The notes under the pieces are model-generated. The model saw only the letters and a program-made list of their open reading frames with translations, did not search any database and was not told where the DNA came from. A DNA stretch of 64,000 bases. Origin: Orbicella franksi (taxonomy: Eukaryota). How positions within the stretch are numbered: position 1 is the first letter of the stretch; each line of letters begins with the position of its first letter. Positions 1-9,968 of the stretch are shown one piece after another. Position numbers and translations under genes: made by a program. The stretch spans positions 2,728,001-2,792,000 of the forward strand of contig OZ116700.1 in assembly GCA_964199315.1 (NCBI GenBank), in the 5' to 3' direction.

Positions 1-168
1 AAGGTGCAACGGACGTGAAAAATGTGGCGTGCGACAGTTAATTACATTCCAGTCTAAACAGATGATGTTCCGTGCAACGATACTCGGATTTAATTGGTGG
101 CTTGTCAGTAGTCTGTTCAGGAGTTTATTAGGCAGGCATTTCTCACAATAACTTTGCTGAAGGCTTAC

Positions 169-390
169 CACTTTGTTCTCTACGGTTTCTCTGTGCGATC
201 CTCCAGAAAACGTAACAGCCAGGGTGGACGCACAGGTCTCTGTATAATACGTAGAAAGACCGTGGTCACTGATGGCGCCAATCGATATGGTGTATATACT
301 GGTGGTGTAACCATCACAGTTACAGTCATCATCTGTCAGACCTCCATTACCAGTCGCCCACACGTAGATGTTACCTTTGCCGCCGCGACC
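169..390 (-). CDS. Convertase exon 9: oxyanion-hole exon
   Basis: [64 protein letters not shown]; 222 nt, AG/GT flanks. Confidence 0.95.
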
Positions 391-3300
391 CTGGAGAACA
401 AAATATGAAATGATGTTCGCAAAAGTAAGTTTTACGTACATGTGGTATCGTGTTAATAGGCTCTTCACATGTGTGTTAGCTTTCACAGTGTTTGGTTGAT
501 CGTTCCTCAGGTGTCCGGCCTTTACCATGGGCCTTTGGAGTGGACTATGTATGATTTTCGAATTTCAAACCAGTGATGTTTCCGGATCCTTCGCTCCTGA
601 TGTTGGTTTTAGGTAGAGAGAGTAGCTCATGAGATGAGATGGTTATGTGACATGATAATGTGACTGGAAAGGTCTGCAAACTAGAATTGAAAAGTAGTTC
701 TCGTACTCTATCTCGATCCAAAGTCCCCTACTATCATTTTTACCATTACATTCATGGCCCAGCAAATCTCTTTACCCGATCAGCACCAATTTGAAGCGCT
801 TTGCTTGCTAGATAACCAGGCTTGCCGAATCTCTTCCCATCATCCTTTGGGCCCCAGCAACAGCTGTAGATGTCGATGTAGTCTGAGCGGTAACTAAGTG
901 AGCTTCCTTCAAGTGTGTCAGTGGCTTTACCGTCTAACATGCGAATACCTACAAAAATGTTATAGCATCAGTCAGTTGTGTCGAAGCAAACTGTCATTTT
1001 TTTGTAATCAAGTGTTGATCAAAATGTGACAAACATGACCCGCCACTGTTGAACCAGGCAGCGTCACTTTGAGTTACGTGTATAAATTGAGTTTTGGTTG
1101 AATCTACGAAACCAATTATATGGAAAGTGTCTGATAACCTATGGCATTCCTGTATATCAGCTGACGACTACGGATGTAATAATTATAGGAAGTTTGAAAC
1201 TTGTTTCATTTAGTCCTTTATATTTAAAAGTGCTTGATTCAGGCTTACGACAGTTTCCAAACATACAAGAGCAAACTTTAATTTTCGCTGCTCAACTCGG
1301 CAACACAGAGCACAACAAGGCCATGAACATTTCACAAAAAGACATTAAATATTTCACGAAAAAATAAATCACAAATCTTCGACCAAAAACGCAAGGTGGG
1401 TCAATAATTAAATCACTATTGTATAACGAAAAATAATTAGTACAGTTGGACCCTGCTAATTCGAACTCGGCTATTTCGAATTCCCCGTTTTTTCGAACTC
1501 TAAGCCATTTCCCTCGGGTCCGCCCTTCAGTCATTTACTATCTGCTGTTTCGAACTCTTGCTATTTCGAACTATTTTTTGCGTCCCCTGAGAAGTCGAAA
1601 TAGCGGAGCTCAACTGTATATGAAGACCATACCTCCAATACTGGCGTTGAATGACACTCCCACTCCGCAAATGCCGTTATCCGCCTGAGCCGCTACTTCA
1701 CCTGCACATTTTGTGCCGTGGCTGCCGCAAGAGGAAACACGATTTGTAGAAAGAATGATTTAGACTATTGTATGACATGTTCAAAACTACCGCACTCCTT
1801 AGAACTTAAAGACACCTTTTGAATTTATCAAGTAGTAAAATTCAGAAGTTGCTTTGTTACCAGTTTTCCAAGTTTTCGTCACGTGGTCTTGGATCTCCAT
1901 CAAAATCATTGAAATCAAAGCTTGCGTCAGGATCCTGAAAAAAACGATGATTTTTTTTTTTTACTATAACACTCGCAGAGCCTTTTTGATTTCAAGAACC
2001 ACTAGATCGTGCACCAATTCAGATTACAAGGTCTCAGAATACCAGGACCACTTCACGTGCACTCTGCAGTGACTTTTTAGAATCACTAATAGAATCTATA
2101 AAAAGTCGTAGAGATGCACTAATGACTAACTCACGTAGTTATTCTTCAAATCAGGATGCGTGTGGTCAACCCCTAGAAAATGAAATAAAAATGAAAATTG
2201 CAGAAGGAAGGTAGGTTGGTTGAAAATTAATTTCCAACGCATAAATTGTTCTTTTACATATCAATATTATTAACTCTGTAAGGCTTAGAGCTATACTCTA
2301 TGCTTCACTAAGTAAACATTCAATGCCTGACCGGGTGTATTCAAGTAAACTAGATTAACCGGCCTACCATATTCTCCCTTTATTCTCAATATCCCCGCAT
2401 ATTGAGAAATCTGCCAAATTTAATACACAACGAATAACTCACAAGTATAGTGTCACAACTAGAGAGGAAGGGGAGTCGTATTAGTCTTCAGCTGATTTTG
2501 GTTCCTGGATCCAAATTTTAGGTTAGAAAGGTAAATGGGCCACTTGCTCGTGCCCCTCACAATCTACTGACAGGCAGGATGGACTAGATTGCTGAAATGG
2601 GGACTGGCTTTGAAAAGGGGATCCTCCGCCAACGAAGCACACCTTGCTTAAAGCCTGGTTTTCCTTACGACATAAGCATAAGCATAAGCATAAGCATAAC
2701 GGTAGTGAGGACACCCACAACACAAGTATAAGCACGTAGGCTTGCGCAGAATGGATAATTACCTTATTTTCGATTCCATACCTCTTCGAAACATTAAAAC
2801 AAGATGGCGGGCTTTCGCTTTTGGGCCATTATGCCTATGCTTACAGCAGTACATTCTCACTTGACTAAGCATAAGCAAAAAGCCCAGGAAGAACAGAAAC
2901 TTTTTTTCTGCTCGTGCTAATGCTTGTGCTTATGTCGTAGTGAAAACAAGCTTAAGATACTAAAATTTGCTCTAGTTACAGGACTACTAAGACTACTAAC
3001 TTCCTTCGCATACTAACTTTCTTCACATCTCTCTTGAGATTCTCACAGACTGTTTCAGCTGATTCAGCTAGCTTTTAAGAGAACCTTATACTCACCGTCA
3101 TCTAATACTGATACCACGATACCTTTACCAGAATACCCTCGAGCCCAGACTGGTAACACGTTGATGTCAACACCGGTGGGCCCGGAAGATTGCCCAATAT
3201 TTTGCTAAAGATCAGGTAAATTAAGAAAAATAGTTTGTGAGCTGGTCATCCAAGTCATAACAGATACTGAGGTAAAATTCTATTGCTGACCGTATAAAAA

Positions 3301-5939
3301 GATACTAATTTTTAGGAATCAAATTTTGCGGGCAAAAGCAATATGTATGTAAAATTTCGTTCATTCGTTGTTTTGCGCGCAATTTTAAACGTAATGCAAT
3401 GTTTGAAAGCCCATGGCAGAAAAAACGACGTCTTTTATGCTTCTGTTAGAAAGTTCAGGTTTTTAATCGAGCCATCTTCATTCTTGTCTGAATAAACACA
3501 TTTTTGAATTCAATATGTCCTGTTATTGTTTGGTACCAGATAGACGAAACATAATTACTCACCAAATACCACTGATCTTTGAAGGAAGGATCGCGGATAG
3601 TGACAGCGGTATCGCGCCTCAACCTTGCCACTGATCTCTGCACCAGTTCATCCTCGCCGGGAATGACGTCACGCTTGCTCCTTTCCAGAATCCTTTGTTG
3701 TTCTACCCATTTTACCTGGGAGATGAAATTGTTATTGTATACTAATTGTATACCATCTTGTCAAGAGCACTTGACAGACTCAGAAAAACCTACCGTCTTT
3801 TTTTTTATATTTTTGACCGTTAGTCGCTGAAAACGGCATGAATACATACACCTGACTTGTTACGATCCATTTTAAACTGGCATTTCTATATTTCGATCTA
3901 TTGAAGCGTCGTGATAGAAAGTGGAACTTGTTTAATAACCATTTCTTGGGATCAGATTTATACTTGGTAATCAGTGCAACTTGAAGACAATGCTAACCAG
4001 CCGATTTCGTCTTTATTTACTATCAAAGTAACCAGTAAAAGAAAGATAACGGGAAACTAGAGAGGAGGGTGCGCATTTCTACCCCGGCTGCTATAGTCTG
4101 GTATCTGTACTGTGCTTTTGATAACCAAACCACTTTCTCGTATTTTGTTTTAGCTTAACCTCGGTAGGTTGCAGTATCGAAAATGTTTTCAGGAGGGAGT
4201 TTTTACTCCATATACAGTACTAAATTGTTCACGATTCTCACTGCTCTAACGGTTTAAAGTTTCAAACGGAATGGCCATCTTATATCAGTGGAAAAGGGAA
4301 AAAAAAAACTCGGCTTCTGTCGAGGATAATTGCACGTCCTTAGAGAGAGTCCGAGCGTCAGGCGAGGCTTGGCATTCCGTTCTTATGTCATATTTATCAC
4401 ACTCTGATAGAGAGTATAGCAGTAGATATCCACCTTTAAGCTGCTAAGTTACGCGTCTGGGAATGCAAGCTATATGTATACGAGAAATGCAAAACTATAA
4501 TGTAGAAATGAATGAATGAATGCTTTATTTAGCGTTGATATACGCTTAGCTTGAGAGCTAGTTTACAGGTATTCCACCTAATAACTAATGAGAACCTAAC
4601 AACTAAAATCAACGCTAATATCACAATTCATCAGGTAAAATCACAAATTAAATACTTTCAAAAAATGCGCCGATTCCATTGTTAAATAGTTCTCGTAATC
4701 TTTTTCGCTTTGTTTGCTTGAGCAGATCTAGATTCTCTATGGTAACGCGATTCACTGTAATTTGCATAATCCTATTTGACTGCATTATTAGTCATAACAC
4801 GCTTTTACTTCATGGAAGCAGCAGACTTCAATCCCAGGCGGGCCCCTCTGAACGTGATGGTAACAAGTATCTAAGAAAATAATTTTTTAGCTAACTTGAC
4901 ATGCCTCGGGAATTTAATAAGATAATTGACTGTTACAAGTCAAACAATTGAAAACGCAGTTTCCATCTTTCTTTTTGCTTTTAAATGTCACCAGACAGGC
5001 AAATAAATCTCTAGGCCAGAATCAAAGCAAAGAGACAGAGTTTTCAGATAACCTGGGGCAAATTTTACGAGTCGGTAATTTTCTTGTCCAGTTTCTCGGT
5101 GACAAGAGTTCCGCTCTCTTAACGATTGCACTTCACAAGCTGGTGTCACTACAGTCACTGAACAGTTTGAAAAGACCCACAGACCGTGACTCGGACAAAA
5201 TTTGCTTCAACATAGAAAGTATTTTACGAAATATCTACCCCAAGCCAACAATTTATTAAACGCAAATCGCAAACGGATTTTGGAGTGTCTTTTTAAGTGT
5301 CTACCGGTAGCGATGCCGTGATCAAATTAAAATCCACCAGTAAGAGGATAATGAAAAAATATATACGGATCTAACTTACCCTTGGCTCCAATAACAAGGT
5401 CTCGATATGATCGTCCAAACTTCGACGCGATCGCTCTCGAACGTTGTGTTTCACAAAGTGGTAATACCCTGGAAGGCTTCCTATCTGCGAAATAAAATCA
5501 AAACATCAACAAGCGTAGGTTGACATTTGTTTATCTCTGATAACTGACACTAGTTCTGGTACCGTCCTTACTTTCATAATAAAAACTACCAGCCTTAGCG
5601 GAAACGCAACTGGTCTTGCCGTATGACCCGACAAAACAAATAAGTCAAGCGCTCGATTATCAAGATCAAGATTAACGCTCTTGTAAAAACAAAATAGCTC
5701 GGCACAAGTTCGAATCGCTGCATCTTTGACAAGGTGCTGGCGTATTCCATGTATGATGTGCTTACCTGCCCCTGGTTAATAAATCCGTGTTTTTGAGCGA
5801 TACTGTTCACGGCGTCAAGGTCCCCGTTGTCGATATGGACCGCCCACGAGTTGGTGAAATGGATTTCTTCGTCGCTTTCTTCGTTTGTGGTCGCTAATCC
5901 AAACCAGGCCAGAAAAAAGACGACCACAGAAGTTTGCAT
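169..5939 (-). CDS. Proprotein convertase (subtilisin/kexin S8B, furin/PC1-3-like), partial: 5' nine coding exons; continues off left edge
   Basis: Exons in transcription order: 5939-5766, 5484-5380, 3715-3563, 3204-3096, 2172-2135, 1934-1861, 1721-1633, 948-776, 390-169; all GT-AG and phase-consistent. Translation: signal peptide [18 protein letters not shown], prodomain [38 protein letters not shown], catalytic Asp [15 protein letters not shown], catalytic His [26 protein letters not shown], oxyanion Asn [25 protein letters not shown]. Exact paralog not assignable without a tree. Confidence 0.96.
776..948 (-). CDS. Convertase exon 8: substrate-binding subsite region
   Basis: [58 protein letters not shown]; 173 nt, phase 1-0. 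Confidence 0.95.
1443..1616. mobile_element. Tc1/mariner-type MITE
   Basis: TA|CAGTTG..GCTAATTCGAAC ... GTCGAAATAGCGGAGCTCAACTG|TA: imperfect TIRs, TA TSD, internal repeats of GCTATTTCGAAC. Confidence 0.8.
2652..2952. mobile_element. PIF/Harbinger-type MITE with (CATAAG)n subterminal repeats
   Basis: TAA|AGCCTGGTTTTCCTTACGACATAAGC ... GCTTATGTCGTAGTGAAAACAAGCT|TAA; 3-bp TAA TSD. Confidence 0.75.
3563..3715 (-). CDS. Convertase exon 3: prodomain end, maturation site(s), start of catalytic domain
   Basis: [51 protein letters not shown]; AG/GT flanks, phase 0-0. Confidence 0.93.
4505..4720 (-). mobile_element. Probable LINE 3' end
   Basis: Reverse strand ends AATAAAG followed by a (CATT)n tail, typical of L2/CR1-group 3' ends; left boundary clear, right boundary approximate. 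Confidence 0.45.
5766..5939 (-). CDS. Convertase coding exon 1: signal peptide and prodomain start
   Basis: ATG at 5939; 58 codons ending HGFINQGQ; CAG|GTAAG donor at 5765. Confidence 0.93.
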
Positions 5940-7579
5940 ATCGATATGTTAGACATTGGGGATAGACGTTTTACCCTGGATCCATTTGACATTAAGTTTC
6001 GTTCATTTTCTATTCTTACTCAATGTAGCCAGCCTCGTTTTGATTCGTTCCGAGGTGTGACATGAGACAGTTCTGTCTTCCTTATATGGCAAACATTGCT
6101 AAAGGGCGCGAAAGGCAAAAATATCGAATTGGAGGGTTACCTTACAGAAGATAAATCACTGCTTCATGAAAATTAAAGTCAGATTTTATTTAATCCAAAT
6201 GCGAAAGAATTTCCCAAAGAAGATAAATTACAGTTTATTTTTCAGCACTTTACTACAAAGTAATTAAGTTCTAGCATATTTGTAATTATCTAGCACTTAT
6301 GATTTACAGTTTTACGTTCATCTAAAATTCATAGTTGTTGATAGAAAATTAAGTGTTACTATCAATTTGTAAGCTTGTATTTCTATTAATACTCGATTAT
6401 AGACATAAGCTAGTATTTTTCTGGCGATCGTAACATTTCTATTCTGCTTTGAATAGAATAGTTTAAGTTGCTAGGCATGTGAACCTGGCAACGGGCGAGA
6501 TTTTTTTTTTTTTTACAACCTGGCAGCGTATCAGTTAGTGACCCGTTTGAGTTCTAGGTCAGCTAATTTCACAATAGAGCATTTTCTTGTCATTAATCAG
6601 AGCGTACTCGTTGAAGTACATTGATGCGTGAAATATGTTCCACTTGTAAGCTGCTACGCTCAAATGAGCGTGTTGACAAAACATGGTGGCACCGGCAGGT
6701 TGGTGTTGCCATGAATCCATCATCAGAGCGTTGTGTAAAGAACATTACACAGTTAAGCTTCCATAGAACTTATTTCTGCTCTGACTCCAGTCTAACACCA
6801 TTTTGACTTTGTGGCCACCATTAGAAGAGGGATTTTAACACCTCAAATAACCCTATCATCAGCTGACACCAGAGGAAAAGGCCAAAGAAGGTTTTACCTT
6901 AGCTAATGAACGTAATCACAGTCATTGTTAATAACAAACTAATCAAGTGAGCCATCAAATAATCAACTCCTATTTCTGCCTACCTCATGAAGCTGATCCC
7001 GTTAAAGATTGTTAAAGACGTTGAAACAACTTACACGCGTCCTCTAAGTTTATCTGACTTGGATTTCCCCAAATTGCCCCACTAACTGAGGAATATCAGT
7101 TTATTTGAAGTCAGTCTACGACAGCTACATTAACGTATGTAACAAAATTATATTCTGGTTATATACCCTGACAGCTTTTCTTATGAATTATCAAGTGCCC
7201 AGGGAGCTAATTTACGTTTGGCAACTCAAGAGGGCGCTAACTGGAGACGGGTCGCTTATTAGCGACTGGACGCTTATTTCTGTTTGAAAATAAACATTTG
7301 AATGTGACTCAGTGCTTAAAGTGAAAAATAACAGATACTCGATCGCAAGAACCGTAACAAAATGCGTGCTGATGGATAGTCATAATTCAGATGAAAAAGC
7401 AGACCTCAGAATTAGTTAACGTTCGTCTCATCAATATGAGACGAATGAGTTTGCGGCTTGAATGTCACTTTCGCTGTGGGGCGTTTATTGGAAAAGAAAA
7501 TGCTCTTGAGGGGATGAGCGCTTATTAGAAATGGGTGTGGGCGCTTTTTGATAGGAGAGCGCTAAATCGTAACAAAATC

Positions 7580-7985
7580 GTTACAAAAAAGAGCGTGCTG
7601 CTTTGTATTTGACTGCCTTAATGGAACTGCATGCTTTCCATTTAAAGACTATTTTCACCGATTACATCATAACGCTTTAAACACTCGCAACAATGGGAAA
7701 ACTGCAAAACTACCAAAAGTCAGACTGGATTTTGCACGCCGTAGCTTTTATTTTTTAGGTGCCTCGATTTTTAATTTATTGCCTTTAAGAGTTTTATTTA
7801 GGAAAGCCTTAGACGATTATTACTTGTAATTTCTATTGTATTTTTAACGGTTTTTAATATGTATCTTATTTTATATATCTTAATAATTCTTGTTTATTAG
7901 TTTTTAATTCTTAGCAGGACCCCGTTGATAACAGTACTTTGTACTGAAGGGTTATCCTGAGGAAATATTCGATTATTATTATTAC
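7580..7985 (+). mobile_element. 5'-truncated CR1/L2-group LINE remnant (ORF2 C-terminus and 3' UTR)
   Basis: Open frame FVFDCLNG..HHNALNTRNNGKTAKLPKVRLDFARRSFYFLGASIFNLLP matches the HxYNTR..LP..R..SF..G..WNxLP C-terminus of these ORF2s; AT-rich UTR ends in (ATT)n. Confidence 0.75.
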
Positions 7986-8775
7986 GGTAATTTACTTTTT
8001 ATGTCCGTTATGCGATTTTCCTGCAAAGACAATCACTGTACATGTAAATATCTTGTTTTCAAGTTGATTTATCTTTAAGTCTTACGAAAAAAAGTGTAAC
8101 CATGGTATTCAACTCTGTAGCTTACTTTGGTCACATTCTTTTGTACTGACAAAGTATCAGGAACGACCAGCCACTGATGTTTACAGCAGGCATTGCTGCT
8201 TCTCGTTTCACTTTGACATTAAATGATCTGAAGGGTACTCTTTCTTGCCGTTCTCGCATTTCAGTAACACTTCAAAGCGTCGACTTCAAAGCATCCCGTT
8301 GCGACCGCCGTTACCCGTGATGTTTAACAGTAGCCTTCATTCTGAAATTCTGAATGGTATTTATTCCAGAGGAATACACAAGAAATACACAAGGACTTAT
8401 AACGCACGTGCACAGCCATTTTACTGCTTGGTGACGTTCTCGTTGCCGTTGTTGTCGTCCCTATCAATGGTCCGTACTAATCCGCACGGGCACGACGTTC
8501 CAAACACAGAGGGTCACCCGAGGTGGCAGTGTGCCAAAAAAATATCTGACTTAACACCCTTGCGACTCGATAATACCCCGTTTTTCATTCAGTGTGATTA
8601 TATTTGGTAGTGTGGAGGCAAATAAATCTTACAAAACGGGCTTCTTTACTGCAGCATAGCCGAGACGCAGTTCTATAACTTGACTGCAAAGGGAAAATGT
8701 GATAATCTGACAAGTCAGACACGATTCCGGTCGATTCCTACCCATGTTACATAAACCATGTGTAAGAAAATTGGT

Positions 8776-8783
8776 CTTTTATA
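8776..8783 (-). promoter_or_regulatory. Candidate TATA box oriented toward the convertase
   Basis: TATAAAAG on the minus strand next to a GC-rich block (8810-8970); motif only, no transcript data. Confidence 0.3.
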
Positions 8784-9968
8784 CTAAGTGGAAACTCAGC
8801 TTTGTTTCCCAGCCTGCCATGGCCTGGTCCAGACCCCCAGAGGGTGGAAGATGACTGACATTTCAGGCTGGTGGGTTTGCTTGTCTGGTTCTGCAGTCAG
8901 CTGCTGCGCGTTCCTGGCCCTTCTCGGAGCACCACTCATGAATCCGCTGTCCGGTATGTAGCTAATGGCAGTGTTTCCCGGAAATACAGGAAAAGCTAGT
9001 AGTCTAGCGTAATCAACCTCTAGAAACCACGAGGTTAGCAGCCGGCATGCGTTTGTTTATCATGACAATCAAATGCTTTGATTTGATTTTCAATGTCATT
9101 TTTAGCTCGTTATATTTTATTTTAGTTTTATTTTTTCATGTTATTTTTTATTTTGTTTCTATTTGTTCATTTTATTTGTATTTTGTTTCTATTTTATATT
9201 CAGTTTATTTTTAGGTTGTTTTATTTTTCTTACATTTTTCTTTAATTTTAATTTAATTTTAATTTTATATTTTTTCAATGCTGTTTTACTTCTTTGTTAC
9301 AAAAATCCGTTCAAAGATAATTGTTTCTTTGTCATTTGTAACCAACATTCGAACGATTCTCTTAGCCTCGATCGGGTTTGGTCTATATTCTTAAAATTTC
9401 GCAAATTCGGCTTCGACATTGTTATAAATTATATTCTTATAAAGAAAGACAGAGTATATGTAAAATAAAAGGAAGAGGTATTTGCACAGGGGACCCGAAC
9501 ACTGTATCAGCAGTAACATAATCATTTACATTCATGTCAAATAAATGTACTGTTATTCCTGGGTCTTTTTGAGCCTTTTACCCGCGACGTTTTCGAGTGC
9601 CCAGGCCCCTCCGGCTAAGGGGATAGCGTCCTTTGGGAAAGTGTATTTGCATATTCTGTAACGAATACGTTGTTTTGATAAGATATTCTAGTTAGCGATT
9701 CTTCTCGATGTGGCCTTCTAGGAAACGGACCTCTAGACAATATATTTGTCTGTAACTTTGGCCTGGAACAGGAAATGCAAAAGGTTAGCGACTCGAGTCA
9801 GCGAGAACATCTTTTCGCTTCATGCCAGCAGGGAAAACGAAGATTTCAGCTGCGAACTTGTGAATTTTTGTAAATACGTTAACTTCTTTGACATCACGTA
9901 CTGCTACAGCCGAGCTTCTCTGTGAAGGTGATATTATTTTATCAGTGCAGCCAAGAAATCAGTGAAAC

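Noticed and set aside
169-390. Convertase as PC2 (PCSK2)
   Set aside because: The oxyanion residue is Asn (TGNGG); PC2 has Asp (GDGG).
154-408. 84-aa plus-strand ORF and similar shadow ORFs (e.g. 3579-3830, 34229-34528, 52901-53185)
   Set aside because: Antisense shadows of real exons; no independent splice or protein signal.
9100-9300. 101-aa hydrophobic ORF 9163-9468
   Set aside because: T-rich low-complexity DNA that translates as F/L/I; not a membrane protein gene.
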